Source: Nitrospirota bacterium
GTDB lineage: Bacteria; Nitrospirota; Thermodesulfovibrionia; Thermodesulfovibrionales; Dissulfurispiraceae
DNA: 64,000 nt
NCBI GenBank assembly: GCA_963790025.1
Contig: CAWBMP010000004.1
Coordinates: 544,001 to 608,000 of the forward strand
Reading direction: 5' to 3'
Part shown: piece by piece, positions 1 to 10,759 of the stretch
Layout of the letters: the number at the start of each line of letters is the position of its first letter
Numbering within the stretch: the stretch's first letter is position 1
The notes under the pieces: model-generated
Told to the model about the DNA's origin: nothing
The model's input: the letters and a program-made list of their open reading frames with translations, nothing else
Database searches by the model: none
Made by a program: the position numbers and the translations under genes

Positions 1-1580
1 GGGTTGATAAGAGGATCTGTCGAGAAGGTCTTATATTTCTCATAGATCTCGAACGGCAGATAAAGCTCTGCCGCAATTGCTTCAGCAGATTCCTTGACCT
101 TCGGCTTATAATCCGGATGATCGAGAATGAACGCCAAGGCAGCTTTGGCAGCGATACGACCTTCGGCATGCGATCCGGAAGAGAATTTGTGGCCGGACGC
201 TCCGACAACGTCACCGGCCATAAAAAGTCCGGGCACGGTGGACATTCTGTTGTATCCCCATGTGTAATTAGCGGGGCTGCCCGGTATGTCGCCGGGGCCG
301 CTGCACCAGAATCCTGCACAGCCTGCGTGTGAACCGAGGAGATAAGGCTCGGTAGGCATGATTTCGGACGGCTCCTTGTCCGGCTCGACGTTTTTGGAGG
401 CCCACAGGCCTGCCTGGCCGATACACATGTCAAGGAAGTCTTCCCATGCCTCTGCTTCGAGGTGCTTGATCCTCTTTGCGTCCATGGTCTTTGCAAGCTC
501 TGCCATGGCCAGATGGGTCTGCATGAAGATCGGGCCTTTTCCGGCCTTCATATCACACATCATCATATGGTTTCTGATACAAGTGCCGAGTTTTTCAGCA
601 TACGGGCTGTAAAGCTTCTTGGCATCTTCCATATTTGTCACGCAGTAGTCTTCGCCAAGGGCGTTGGTTGCCTTTGCCTTGAAGAAAAGGAACCATGCGC
701 CAACCGGCCCGTATCCGTCCTTGAAACGGCCAGGAACGAACCTGTTTTCCATCATGGTAAGTTCCGCACCGGCCTGCATGCCGAGTGCAAATCCGGAACC
801 GGAGTTCCATACAGGATACCACGCCCTGCCCTGACCTTCCTGGTTTGATCTCGGCCTGAAGACGTTGACCGCACCGCCGGAAGCATTGACCATTGCCTTT
901 GCCTTGAAGAGATATATTTTATTTTCTCTTACGCTGAAGCCTGCGGCAGCAGCTACTCTTTTGGGATCATTGGCATCGTGATAAAGCTTTACAATAAATA
1001 CTCTCTCGTAAAGATTCTGCGGAACACCGGTTGCCAGCCGGTTGAATTCAAGGGCCTTTTTAGCAGCCTCTGCCACGACGACCTTGTAGGATTCGCCGTT
1101 GATCATGATCTGCCATTTTCCGGACCTCACCGGGGTGCCGCCGTCCTTCAACATCTTCTTGCCCTGGTCCTTTGCCTGGAAGCCGTCGAGTGAGAAACCG
1201 TCATCAGCTTTTTTCCAGATAGGGAGGCCCCACTCTTCGAAGAGATGAACGGAATCGTCAACGACTCTGCCAAGGTCATAAACAAGGTCTTCCCTGATGA
1301 TGCCCATCAGGTCGGCCCTTACATACTTGACATAGTCTGCAGGGTTATTCTCGCCGACATACGTATTAATAGCCGAAAGGCCCATTGCAACAGCGCCGCT
1401 TCTGTCAGTTGCAGCCTTGTCAACCATGGTAACTTTCAATCCTTTTGGTGTTGCCCAGCGCGCTGCCTCGTATGCCGCTCCGCAGCATGCCATACCGCCG
1501 CCGATGAGAAGGAGATCAGTATCGACCTCAACAATCTCAGGCCTCTGACAAAATGAAAACGTGCATGTTTCTTTTTCCAT
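1..1580 (-). CDS. aprA: Adenylylsulfate (APS) reductase alpha subunit, 3' end outside the window
   Basis: Absent from the ORF track because it runs off the edge. Minus strand from ATG 1580 reads MEKETCTFSFCQRPEIVEVDTDLLLIGGGMACCGAAYEAARW...DRSGAVAMGLSAINTY (FAD-binding start of AprA). SD GGAGGG upstream; directly follows aprB. Confidence 0.95.
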   Translation of the reverse strand, partial: MEKETCTFSFCQRPEIVEVDTDLLLIGGGMACCGAAYEAARWATPKGLKVTMVDKAATDRSGAVAMGLSAINTYVGENNPADYVKYVRADLMGIIREDLVYDLGRVVDDSVHLFEEWGLPIWKKADDGFSLDGFQAKDQGKKMLKDGGTPVRSGKWQIMINGESYKVVVAEAAKKALEFNRLATGVPQNLYERVFIVKLYHDANDPKRVAAAAGFSVRENKIYLFKAKAMVNASGGAVNVFRPRSNQEGQGRAWYPVWNSGSGFALGMQAGAELTMMENRFVPGRFKDGYGPVGAWFLFFKAKATNALGEDYCVTNMEDAKKLYSPYAEKLGTCIRNHMMMCDMKAGKGPIFMQTHLAMAELAKTMDAKRIKHLEAEAWEDFLDMCIGQAGLWASKNVEPDKEPSEIMPTEPYLLGSHAGCAGFWCSGPGDIPGSPANYTWGYNRMSTVPGLFMAGDVVGASGHKFSSGSHAEGRIAAKAALAFILDHPDYKPKVKESAEAIAAELYLPFEIYEKYKTFSTDPLIN

Positions 1581-1593
1581 AGGTCATCCCTCC

Positions 1594-2010
1594 TTATTTT
1601 CTTGCTTCGTAATTGAAAAAGCCTGGCTGCTTTATCTTCGAGAAATCAGCTTCCGGCTTGCCTTTGTAAGGATCGACAGAGCCTTCCGGGGTAGTTCTGA
1701 TGGGGAATTTGAATCTCTTGAGGGAGCCGTTTCTGAATTTAATCGTCCACATAATGGAATCCGTACCTCTCATGGGGATAACATTACCGCCCAATGGACA
1801 GAAATCCTGATAGCCTCTTACCTCAATGGCCTGCTGGGGGCAAATTTTAACACAGTTGTAGCACTCCCAGCACTGTTCAGGCTCCTGATTGAACGCCTTC
1901 ATGATGTTCCTGTCGAGGGCCATGAGGTCGTTAGGACATATGTACTGACATGCGGTCTTGTCCTGGGCCTTGCAGCCGTCACACTTTTCCGTAATTACAT
2001 AACTCGGCAT
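1594..2010 (-). CDS. aprB: APS reductase beta subunit (2x[4Fe-4S])
   Basis: MPSYVITEKCDGCK...CQYICPNDLM...EPEQCWECYNCVKICPQQAI...KRFKFPIRTTPEGS. Confidence 0.97.
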   Translation of the reverse strand: MPSYVITEKCDGCKAQDKTACQYICPNDLMALDRNIMKAFNQEPEQCWECYNCVKICPQQAIEVRGYQDFCPLGGNVIPMRGTDSIMWTIKFRNGSLKRFKFPIRTTPEGSVDPYKGKPEADFSKIKQPGFFNYEARK

Positions 2011-2133
2011 AACTATTACCTCCTTCGGTTTTTAGCTGATAAATTATAAATCACCTGCGTACTTGCGCCGCTAAAGCATGCTGCTTCTTGCTAATGCCTT
2101 GTGAGCACCCCCTTTCTTTTAAAGACAGGCGTA

Positions 2134-2171
2134 GGTCATAGGCGCCTGGCTTTCCTCCAGTGCCTATGACC
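2134..2171. repeat. Stem-loop between sat and aprB (possible mRNA-stabilising element or weak terminator)
   Basis: GGTCATAGGC (2134-2143) pairs with GCCTATGACC (2162-2171). Confidence 0.6.
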
Positions 2172-2191
2172 CACAGCCCATTACCTTTTAA

Positions 2192-3400
2192 TTATTTTTT
2201 CTCCCCTTCCGCATATTTGTGGAGTTTTATCTCAACCTTCTCGGTAAGGCCCGCATAGTACTCTCTAAGGATGGCTAGAACTTCCGGACGGCTGAATTTG
2301 TGTGTAACCTCTTCGCCTTCCGAAAGCATCTTTCTCAGCTTTGTGCCGCTAAGAAGTATCCGGTCATCTTTTCCATGCGGACAGGTCTTCATCGAGGCCA
2401 TCCCTTCGCACTTATCGCAGTAGAAGGTCCAGTCGATGTTAAGCGGTTTGGTTTCGAGTGCATCCTTCGGAATCTCTTCGAATATCTTCTGAGCATCGAA
2501 CGGACCGTAATACTCGCCCACGCCTGCATGGTCGCGGCCTACTATCAGATGACTGCAGCCGTAGTTCTGCCTGAAGACTGCGTGCAGCAGGGCTTCTCTG
2601 GGGCCTGCGTAGCGCATATCGAGCGGATAGCCGCCTACCATTACAGTGTTCTTCACGAAATACTTTTCGACGAGCACGTCAATACATTTCTGGCGGACAT
2701 CCGACGGAATATCCCCGGGTTTTAGCTTGCCGAGAAGCATGTGTATGTAAACGCCATCGCACACTTCGACGGCGATCTTCGCGAGAAACTCATGTGAACG
2801 GTGCATCGGGTTTCTTGTCTGGAATGCTGCAACCCTGCTCCAATTATTCGCTTCAAACGCCTTTCTGGTTTCAGCAGGTCTCTGATATAATTCAGGGTAT
2901 TCTTTCGGGAAACTCCCCTCGCTGATCACCTTCACCGGTCCGGCGAGGTTGGTACCGGCCTGTTGCATGACCATTTTTACGCCGGGATGCTCGTTATCGG
3001 TGGTCCTAAATACTTGCTTGCACTCGTATTCCTTGTCAATCTTGTATACCTCGGTGACCTTCATGGTAGCCATGATTTCGCCGAACTCCTCCGAATAAAG
3101 AGCGATTTCGTCGCCGGCTTTCACCGCCTCATTGGTGGAAACGGTGATTGGAATAGGCCAGAATGTGCCGTCGGCCATCTTGTATTCCGCGCAGACGCCT
3201 TTCCAGTCCTTTTCACCCATAAAACCGGTAAGGGGTGTAAAACCGCCGATACCCATCATAATCAGGTCACCGGTTTCACGCGAAGATATATTGACCTTCT
3301 TGAGCCCCGCAGCTCTTTTTTTCTCAGCCTCCAGCTCTTTGCCGGCAAGGAGAAGCGGTTTTAATTTTTTCTCTTTTCCATGCGGATTTACTAATGCCAT
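2192..3400 (-). CDS. sat: Sulfate adenylyltransferase (dissimilatory type)
   Basis: [23 protein letters not shown] and GRDHAGVG motifs; directly upstream of aprBA. Confidence 0.97.
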   Translation of the reverse strand: MALVNPHGKEKKLKPLLLAGKELEAEKKRAAGLKKVNISSRETGDLIMMGIGGFTPLTGFMGEKDWKGVCAEYKMADGTFWPIPITVSTNEAVKAGDEIALYSEEFGEIMATMKVTEVYKIDKEYECKQVFRTTDNEHPGVKMVMQQAGTNLAGPVKVISEGSFPKEYPELYQRPAETRKAFEANNWSRVAAFQTRNPMHRSHEFLAKIAVEVCDGVYIHMLLGKLKPGDIPSDVRQKCIDVLVEKYFVKNTVMVGGYPLDMRYAGPREALLHAVFRQNYGCSHLIVGRDHAGVGEYYGPFDAQKIFEEIPKDALETKPLNIDWTFYCDKCEGMASMKTCPHGKDDRILLSGTKLRKMLSEGEEVTHKFSRPEVLAILREYYAGLTEKVEIKLHKYAEGEKK

Positions 3401-3458
3401 GCTATTTCCTCCTGTTTAGTGGTTTATATACTTCAAGAGCAAACTAAAAAGTGATCCT

Positions 3459-4106
3459 TTATTTTAATCCCAGGGCCCCGCATACCTTTCCGAATATGTC
3501 ATCAATACTCCCGGTCCCGGAAACCGACTTCAAAATACCCTTCTTTCCATAATAGTCAATCAATGGCGCCGTCTGCGCATTATAGACCTCGAGTCTCTTC
3601 TTGATAGTCTCCTCTTTGTCATCATCGCGCTGGAAAAGCTGGCCCCCACACTTATCGCAGGCACCATCTTTTGACGGACGATTAAAATAGATGTTGTACA
3701 TCTGACCGCATGCCTTGCAGGTCCTTCTGCCGGTTAGCCTTTTCATGAGGTCCTCGAATGGGACATCGACACTGAGTGCAGCGGTAAGCGACATGCCCAA
3801 AGAGGAGAGCATTTTATCCAGTGCCTCCGCCTGCTTGGTATTCCTCGGGAAACCGTCCAGTATATACCCTTTTTTGCAATCGTCCTGCTTCAGCCTCTCC
3901 TCCACCATCCCCAGTACGACGCTGTCGGGAACGAGTTCGCCTTTATCCATATATGACTTCGCTTCTTTGCCGAGGGCACTGCCCGCCCCTACGGCAGCTC
4001 TCAAAAGATCACCAGTTGAAATCTGGGGCATTGGATACTTGTCAATGATTTTTTTTGCCTGGGTGCCCTTGCCTGCTCCAGGAGCGCCGAGAAGAACTAT
4101 TCTCAT
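3459..4106 (-). CDS. adk: Adenylate kinase (zinc-lid type)
   Basis: GAPGAGKGTQA P-loop, LDGFPR, CxxC...CxxC lid, QRDDD. Confidence 0.97.
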   Translation of the reverse strand: MRIVLLGAPGAGKGTQAKKIIDKYPMPQISTGDLLRAAVGAGSALGKEAKSYMDKGELVPDSVVLGMVEERLKQDDCKKGYILDGFPRNTKQAEALDKMLSSLGMSLTAALSVDVPFEDLMKRLTGRRTCKACGQMYNIYFNRPSKDGACDKCGGQLFQRDDDKEETIKKRLEVYNAQTAPLIDYYGKKGILKSVSGTGSIDDIFGKVCGALGLK

Positions 4107-4277
4107 GGGAGAACCTCCGATTTAAATTAGATTAACAATATAAGGTACTCATTGGGCCTATTTAAAGCAATTTTAAAATTATAATCGTTGCATTAAAATT
4201 CTTTATAAACAATATAGATATTTCTTAATTTTTTTATTTTTATTAGAGACTATTTTAAAAGTTTAGGTAAAATAACC

Positions 4278-4871
4278 TTATAAAACAAGGTGCTCTAGAT
4301 AACACTTCAGTTGTTCCAGCGCTTTTTTTCTATGGCTGAGAACATCTTTTTCCTCGGGCAGCATCTCGGCAAACGTTTTTGAGTGTCCCCGCGGATAGAA
4401 TAAAGGATCATATCCAAAGCCCGATCTCCCGCGTAAATGATGACCGATAGCACCTTCGGAAAAACCTGTAAACGTCCTGATCATGCCATTAGGCAGCGCA
4501 AAAGCAATACAGCAGACAAAACGTCCTCCCCTCCTGTCATCCGGAAGGTGCTTCATTGCTTCAAGTATCTTCTCATTATTGGCCCTGTCGTCTGCATCAG
4601 GTCCGGCATAGCGGGCCGACAAGACACCCGGCGCATTATCCAACTCATATACTTCGAGGCCGGAGTCATCGGCAACTGCAGCTTTGCCTGTGCAGCGTGC
4701 TATCGTTAATGCCTTCTTGGCAGCATTGCCTTCAAAGGTGCCTGCATCCTCCTCCACTTCAGGACACAAAGGAAAGTCATTCAGAGTAAGAAAAACGATA
4801 CCTTCACCTTTAATGATCCTGGTTATTTCTTCAACTTTTTTCTTGTTTCTTGTAGCAAGCACAATCTCCAC
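4278..4871 (-). CDS. rdgB: dITP/XTP pyrophosphatase (HAM1 family)
   Basis: ATRNKKK, ADDSGL, APGVLSARY, GFGYDPLF, SHR motifs. Confidence 0.95.
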   Translation of the reverse strand: MEIVLATRNKKKVEEITRIIKGEGIVFLTLNDFPLCPEVEEDAGTFEGNAAKKALTIARCTGKAAVADDSGLEVYELDNAPGVLSARYAGPDADDRANNEKILEAMKHLPDDRRGGRFVCCIAFALPNGMIRTFTGFSEGAIGHHLRGRSGFGYDPLFYPRGHSKTFAEMLPEEKDVLSHRKKALEQLKCYLEHLVL

Positions 4872-4916
4872 AATGCAGAAAATAGCATAAAAAGCAGGCT
4901 AAAGGCAAAGAGAACG

Positions 4917-4973
4917 AGGTCAGAGGTTGGAGGTCTGAGGAGGGAGGCGCCTCTGACCTCCAACCTCTGACCT
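4917..4973. repeat. Perfect 19-bp inverted repeat made of 7-nt units, between divergent rdgB and rpsO
   Basis: AGGTCAGAGGTTGGAGGTC (4917-4935) / GACCTCCAACCTCTGACCT (4955-4973). Confidence 0.85.
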
Positions 4974-4985
4974 GTAGTCCGTCTC

Positions 4986-5015
4986 TTTACAGCACACGTG
5001 GTGATATGCTAACCT
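4986..5015 (+). promoter_or_regulatory. Candidate sigma70 promoter for rpsO-pnp
   Basis: TTTACA-N18-TAACCT with extended -10 TG. Confidence 0.5.
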
Positions 5016-5082
5016 TTTAACATTAAATATTATTCTGTAACGGCATAACGGTTAACTGAATAAACAGAAAGGTGGTGATTTA

Positions 5083-5355
5083 ATGTCACTGGATACAGAA
5101 AAGAAAAAGGAACTTATCGACTCCTTTAAAGTTCATGATCACGATACCGGGTCCCCGGAAGTGCAGATAGCGCTTCTGACGGAAAGGATTGTCTATCTCA
5201 CAGAGCATTTCAAGACTCATGCGAAGGACCATCATTCGAGACGTGGGCTTTTAAAGCTTGTCGCGCAAAGAAAAAAACTTCTCAATTATCTTAAAACTAC
5301 CGATAAAATCCGCCATGACAAGGTAATAGAACGCCTCGGACTCAGAAGTAAATAA
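5083..5355 (+). CDS. rpsO: 30S ribosomal protein S15
   Basis: [16 protein letters not shown]...[13 protein letters not shown]. Confidence 0.98.
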   Translation: MSLDTEKKKELIDSFKVHDHDTGSPEVQIALLTERIVYLTEHFKTHAKDHHSRRGLLKLVAQRKKLLNYLKTTDKIRHDKVIERLGLRSK

Positions 5356-5402
5356 TAAGCCGCAGACCGCTGAAATTCAAATTAAGGAGACTGAAAAAAA
5401 CT

Positions 5403-7520
5403 TTGGTTACTAATTTAGAGCTTGAGATTAGAGGAAAACGCCTGATTCTGGAAACAGGGCTTATGGCAAAACAATCAGGTGGGGCTGTGGTCCTGAAATA
5501 TGGAGATACCGTAGTCCTTGCCACGGCAGTTGCAGACAAGAGAGTAAAAGAGGGTCTCGATTTCTTTCCCCTCACCATCGATTATCAGGAAAAAACCTAC
5601 TCGGCCGGAAAAATACCGGGAGGCTTTTTCAAGAGAGAGGGGAAACCTTCTGAAAAAGAAGTCCTCACCTCCCGCTTCATCGACCGCCCCATGAGACCTC
5701 TGTTCCCAAAGGGGTTTTATTCCGAAACACAGGGGATCATTTCGGTATTGTCTTACGGAGACGAAAATATTTCGGATATTCTGGGAATAATAGGGATGTC
5801 CGCTGCCACTCATATATCGGATGTCCCGTTTAACGGTCCCGTGGGCGCAGTGCGCATCGGGAGGCTCGAAGGTACGCTTATTGTCAACCCGGACCTCTCT
5901 GAACTTGAAGGGCTCGACCTTAATCTGGTGGTGGCTGGGACCGCGGACGCTGTAATAATGGTTGAAGGGGGCGGCTCTGAAGTTTCAGAGGCTACCTTGC
6001 TCGAGGCAATTGCTTTTGCACATGAGGAAATCAAGAGAATTGTGGCCGTCCAGAACGAACTTCAAAAACTGGTCGGAAAAACAAAGAGGGCGTTTGCTCC
6101 TGTTAAAGATCCGGTTGAGATCAGGCAGGAAGTCAGGACGCATGTCGCTGCTAAATTAATCGAGGCTATAAGAATACCGGGCAAGCACGTCAGACAAGAG
6201 GCGCTTAACCTGATACTTGAAGATACCATTAAGCAGTTGAACACTCCTGAAAAAGCCGAAAAGTTATTCGGCAATTCGCAAAAGGACCTGACCAGGGACA
6301 TCGCCAATATTTTCGACGATTACGAAAAGGAAATCGTCAGGAATATGATACTCGATGAAAAGGTGCGGGCAGACAACAGGAGGCCTGACGAGATAAGGCA
6401 AATTTCATGCACTTTAGGCTTTTTACCAAGAACGCACGGCTCTGCACTTTTTACCAGGGGCGAAACTCAAGCCCTTGTGGCAACGACCCTAGGCACTGCA
6501 GATGATGAGCAGAAAATAGATTCACTCGAAGGGGAAATGTATAAGACCTTTATGTTGCACTACAATTTCCCCCCCTTTAGCGTGGGCGAGGTGAAACCGC
6601 TTCGTTCGCCCGGAAGAAGAGAAATAGGTCACGGTGCGCTGGCGGAACGCGCTCTGAAATACGTGCTTCCCTCAAAAGATATCTTTCCCTACACCATCAG
6701 GGTGGTTTCCGACATTCTCGAATCCAACGGTTCTTCCTCGATGGCAACGGTTTGCGGTGCAACTCTCTCGCTGATGGACGCCGGCGTTCCAATAACCGCA
6801 CCGGTTGCAGGCATTGCTATGGGGCTCGTTAAAGAAGGAGACCGGGTCGTGATTCTGACCGACATCCTTGGACTGGAAGACCATCTTGGTGATATGGATT
6901 TCAAGGTGGCCGGCACTGAAAATGGTATCACGGCCTTTCAAATGGATGTCAAGATCGGCGGTGTAAGCCAGAATATTCTCCAGAACGCCCTTGAGCAGGC
7001 CCGCATCGGGAGGCTGCATATACTCGGGAAAATGAAAGAGGCAATGCCCTCCCCCCGTACGGACCTTTCGCCCCATGCGCCGCGCATATACACCATGCAG
7101 ATACGGCAGGAGAAAATACGTGACGTGATCGGATCAGGCGGAAAGGTGATCCGGGGCATCATAGAGCAGACAGGAGTTAAAATAGACATCAATGATGCTG
7201 GCATCATCAATATAGCGTCCTCCGACGAGGTATCGGCACAAAAGGCGATAGATATCATCAACGGCATTATAGCCGAAGCTGAGCTGCATAAAATATACAC
7301 GGGAAAGGTTGTCAGAATAACCGATTTCGGTGCCTTTGTGGAAATACTTCCGGGGATGGACGGGCTTCTGCACATATCGCAAATATCCGATAAGCGCATT
7401 GCAAAAGTCACCGATGAACTTAATGTGGGCGATGAAGTACTGGTCAAAGTAATTGAGATAGATAATCAGGGGAGGGTCAGGCTAAGCAGGAAAGAAGCAA
7501 TGAAGGAACAAAAAGGGTAA
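5403..7520 (+). CDS. pnp: Polyribonucleotide nucleotidyltransferase (TTG start)
   Basis: RREIGHGALAERA, ESNGSSSMA, LGDMDFKVAG, C-terminal KH and S1 domains; follows rpsO. Confidence 0.98.
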   Translation: MVTNLELEIRGKRLILETGLMAKQSGGAVVLKYGDTVVLATAVADKRVKEGLDFFPLTIDYQEKTYSAGKIPGGFFKREGKPSEKEVLTSRFIDRPMRPLFPKGFYSETQGIISVLSYGDENISDILGIIGMSAATHISDVPFNGPVGAVRIGRLEGTLIVNPDLSELEGLDLNLVVAGTADAVIMVEGGGSEVSEATLLEAIAFAHEEIKRIVAVQNELQKLVGKTKRAFAPVKDPVEIRQEVRTHVAAKLIEAIRIPGKHVRQEALNLILEDTIKQLNTPEKAEKLFGNSQKDLTRDIANIFDDYEKEIVRNMILDEKVRADNRRPDEIRQISCTLGFLPRTHGSALFTRGETQALVATTLGTADDEQKIDSLEGEMYKTFMLHYNFPPFSVGEVKPLRSPGRREIGHGALAERALKYVLPSKDIFPYTIRVVSDILESNGSSSMATVCGATLSLMDAGVPITAPVAGIAMGLVKEGDRVVILTDILGLEDHLGDMDFKVAGTENGITAFQMDVKIGGVSQNILQNALEQARIGRLHILGKMKEAMPSPRTDLSPHAPRIYTMQIRQEKIRDVIGSGGKVIRGIIEQTGVKIDINDAGIINIASSDEVSAQKAIDIINGIIAEAELHKIYTGKVVRITDFGAFVEILPGMDGLLHISQISDKRIAKVTDELNVGDEVLVKVIEIDNQGRVRLSRKEAMKEQKG

Positions 7521-7640
7521 ATGAGAAAATGAGTAAATGGGTTAATTGGTTATATGGGTTAATAGGTTAGTGGGTTGATGGGTGCTTTCACTTATTTTCT
7601 CTTTCACTCATACACTCATCTACTCATAAACTCATAGACC
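7518..7640. repeat. Degenerate 8-nt tandem repeats in two inverted blocks
   Basis: TAAATGAG/TAAATGGG-like units, then ACTCATAC/ACTCATCT/ACTCATAA units. Confidence 0.75.
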
Positions 7641-7646
7641 ATTACT

Positions 7647-8930
7647 ATGTTTACAAAACGATATCTCGACAACGGTATTCCAGTGGTAATGGAGCAGTTG
7701 AAAAACTACCGCTCCGTTATACTCGGCATTTGGGTCAAGGTCGGCTCCCGCAATGAGACCCTTGATAAGAACGGCATATCCCACTTTCTCGAACATATGT
7801 TCTTTAAAGGAACAAAAAAACGCTCGGCAACCGATATTGCCGTTGATATCGACTCGCTGGGAGGAGACCTCAACGCCTTCACCTCGAGGGAAAACACCGT
7901 ATTCTATGTAAAAGTCCTTGATGAGTATATCGACAAGGGCATTGAATTACTAAGTGATATTTTTCTTCACTCCACTTTTGCAGAAGAAGAGATAGAGAAG
8001 GAAAAAGGAGTTATAAAAGAAGAGATCAAGCTTGTTGAAGATACACCGGACGATTATATCCACGACCTTTTCAGCCAGACTGTATGGGGCGATACGGGGC
8101 TCGGACAGCCCGTACTGGGGCGGCGCGATACCATAAAGTCATTTACCCGCGAAGACCTGACCTCTCATGTAAGAAGGTACTATGGCACCTCCGACACCGT
8201 AGTGTCCTGCGCCGGAAATTTTAACCCCGATACCGTGGTGGGCCTCCTCAACCACTATTTCGGCTCACTGAGGAGGGGCTCCGAACCGGAGTTGTTTTCA
8301 CCGCCCTTCTTTAAAACCGAGGTCGCAGTCTTCCCAAAAGACCTGTCGGAAACACATATTTGCGCCGGCGTGGAAGCGCTGCCCTTTGCCAGCGAGGACC
8401 GCTACGCTATCAGTATCCTGAATACCATTCTCGGTTCCAGTGTCAGTTCGCGGCTCTTCCAGGAGATTCGCGAGAAATTGGGGTTTGCCTATTCCATTTA
8501 TTCCTTCTCATCGTCTTATATTGACACCGGCTTTTGGGCAGTGTATGCCGGTACCGGCAGAAAAAAAACGCTGACCGTCACCGAGCTCATTATCAAAGAA
8601 ATGAAAGGGCTGTACTCGTCGATCACCGACATAGAGTTGAGACGTGCAAAGGACCAACTGAAAGGAAATATTGTGCTCGGCCTGGAGTCGACGAGCAACA
8701 GGATGCAGAGCATTGCCCGCCAGGAAATATATTTCGGCAGGAATTTCAGCCAGAGCGAGATCATGAAAAGCATAGAAGCGGTAACTGCAGATAAGGTAAA
8801 GGACCTGTCGTACCGGCTCATCAATAACAGTAATATGTGTCTGACAGTCCTTGGCCGCGTAAAAGAGGAGGAGTTTAAAAACATTATAGCCTGCAGCGAT
8901 GGACGCCGCTGCATCCAGGAGGGCCTGTAG
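7647..8930 (+). CDS. M16 family zinc peptidase, cytoplasmic
   Basis: HFLEH (HxxEH) motif, NAFTS, SSRLFQEIRE; commonly found after pnp. Confidence 0.92.
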   Translation: MFTKRYLDNGIPVVMEQLKNYRSVILGIWVKVGSRNETLDKNGISHFLEHMFFKGTKKRSATDIAVDIDSLGGDLNAFTSRENTVFYVKVLDEYIDKGIELLSDIFLHSTFAEEEIEKEKGVIKEEIKLVEDTPDDYIHDLFSQTVWGDTGLGQPVLGRRDTIKSFTREDLTSHVRRYYGTSDTVVSCAGNFNPDTVVGLLNHYFGSLRRGSEPELFSPPFFKTEVAVFPKDLSETHICAGVEALPFASEDRYAISILNTILGSSVSSRLFQEIREKLGFAYSIYSFSSSYIDTGFWAVYAGTGRKKTLTVTELIIKEMKGLYSSITDIELRRAKDQLKGNIVLGLESTSNRMQSIARQEIYFGRNFSQSEIMKSIEAVTADKVKDLSYRLINNSNMCLTVLGRVKEEEFKNIIACSDGRRCIQEGL

Positions 8931-8959
8931 CAATAATGCCGCGGCATTGAACACAGGAC

Positions 8960-10666
8960 ATGCTGAAAGAATTAGGGATCAAAAACTTTACCATTATTGA
9001 CAACCTTTCTATCGCTTTTGAACCCGGTCTTAACATCCTCACAGGTGAAACCGGCGCAGGCAAATCCATTATTGTAGATGCACTCGGTCTCCTTCTCGGG
9101 GACAGGGCCTCACAGGACATGATCAAAACAGGCCGGAAGGAGGCGCATATAGAAGCCTTCTTCGACAACACCGGCAGCCAACTGCTTCAAGAGCTATCCA
9201 TCGACAGCGATGGGGGCATTATCCTGCGGAGGACTATCGCCGCACAAGGCAAAGGAAGGACTTACATAAATGATACTCCGGTCAGTATGCAGACGCTTTC
9301 CTCCGTTTGCAGGGACCTCATCGATATCCACGGCCAGCATGAACATCAGGGGCTGATGAAAAGAGACAGCCACATGCAGTTCCTTGATACTTACGGCAAC
9401 CTTTCCGGCCCTTCCCTGTTGGTTCAATCAATGTTTACCGAGATCGCCAGCTTGAGGAATACTATAACGGTGATGAAAGACAGGATTCGGGAACGGGCCC
9501 AGCGGATAGAATTCCTCAGATTCCAGATTGGTGAAATAGATGCAGCTTTATTGAAAGAAGGCGAAAAAAAACTCATAGAAGAGGAGCGGTCCATCCTGCT
9601 CAATCTCAGTAAACTGAAAGAATCCTCCGAAACCGCGTACCTGCTGTTATACGATGCCGAAGGCTCCACCCTGGAAAAACTCGCCTCGGTAGCGGCTAAA
9701 ATACGGGACATCGCACAGATAGACCGAGATGCCGGCGACATCCTCAAGAACCTTGAGTCTGCGGTACCGCTGATCGAGGATGCAGCCCTTCTCCTCAGAA
9801 GCCTTAAAGAAAAATACGACATAGATCCGCTCAAACTCGGTGAACTCGACGAACGGCTGGAAGTGATAAAACGGCTCGAAAAAAAATACGGCGAGGGTGA
9901 AAAAGGCATCCTGGATTACAGAGACAAGGCGTCGGAAGAACTCGAAGGGCTGGAACGTATAGAAGAACAGCTGGAAGGCCTCGAATCCTCTCTCGCATCA
10001 AAACAGGAAACTCTGACATCAGCTGGTGAAGACTTGTCTAAAAAACGGTATGCCGCAGCACAAAAATTAGAGCCGGTGATTATAGACGAATTGAAGGAAC
10101 TGGGATTTCAAAAAGCAGTGTTCGTTATTGATATGAAAAAAAGAGAGACCATTGCTTCCTGCGGCATGGATGACGTAGAGTTCCTCTTCTCGGCAAACCC
10201 CGGAGAAGCACCCAAATCCCTCATTAAAGTGGCTTCCGGCGGAGAACTGTCAAGAATCATGCTTGCTCTTAAATGTGTCGGAATAAAAAGCGAGAAATCC
10301 CAACAGCTCAGCTTCGAAGGACCGCCGCCCTCAAAAGCAACAGAATCTCATATGCGCACACTCATCTTTGACGAGGTCGATGCAGGTATTGGTGGTGTAA
10401 CAGCACAGCACGTCGGCAAAAGACTCAAAGACCTGGCAGGAAGCAACCAGGTGCTTTGCATCACTCACCTTCCGCAGATCGCGGCACTTGCAGACCACCA
10501 CCTGAAAGTCGAAAAGACCCTCGATGACAGCAAAGCTGTGGTAAGCGTGGCCGCGTTGTCAGGCAAAGAGCGGCAAAATGAGATAGCTCGAATGCTCAGC
10601 GGCAGGATTACAGAGGGGTCGATAAAACACGCAGGAGAACTCCTCGGCGTTGACAAAGGCAAATAA
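8960..10666 (+). CDS. recN: DNA repair protein RecN
   Basis: GETGAGKS, IHGQHEHQ, ASGGELSR, FDEVDAGIGG, ITHLPQIA. Confidence 0.96.
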   Translation: MLKELGIKNFTIIDNLSIAFEPGLNILTGETGAGKSIIVDALGLLLGDRASQDMIKTGRKEAHIEAFFDNTGSQLLQELSIDSDGGIILRRTIAAQGKGRTYINDTPVSMQTLSSVCRDLIDIHGQHEHQGLMKRDSHMQFLDTYGNLSGPSLLVQSMFTEIASLRNTITVMKDRIRERAQRIEFLRFQIGEIDAALLKEGEKKLIEEERSILLNLSKLKESSETAYLLLYDAEGSTLEKLASVAAKIRDIAQIDRDAGDILKNLESAVPLIEDAALLLRSLKEKYDIDPLKLGELDERLEVIKRLEKKYGEGEKGILDYRDKASEELEGLERIEEQLEGLESSLASKQETLTSAGEDLSKKRYAAAQKLEPVIIDELKELGFQKAVFVIDMKKRETIASCGMDDVEFLFSANPGEAPKSLIKVASGGELSRIMLALKCVGIKSEKSQQLSFEGPPPSKATESHMRTLIFDEVDAGIGGVTAQHVGKRLKDLAGSNQVLCITHLPQIAALADHHLKVEKTLDDSKAVVSVAALSGKERQNEIARMLSGRITEGSIKHAGELLGVDKGK

Positions 10667-10759
10667 ACACACTCCTGCCAAAAGACCCAATCGCACGTGA
10701 CTTTACGTTAGTGGGTCAGTTTGTTTTTGATATGAGATCAAATAGGTAATACCAAATAT

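Noticed and set aside
117..2049. Plus-strand ORFs in the track over 117-2049
   Set aside because: Antisense shadows of aprA and aprB; the real frame is on the minus strand.
2046..2115. Leader peptide before aprB (SD-like GGGGGTG on the minus strand)
   Set aside because: No canonical start codon at a usable distance; only very short frames.
4110..4277. Rex operator upstream of adk-sat
   Set aside because: AT-rich, but I found no TTGTGAA-N4-TTCACAA-like palindrome.
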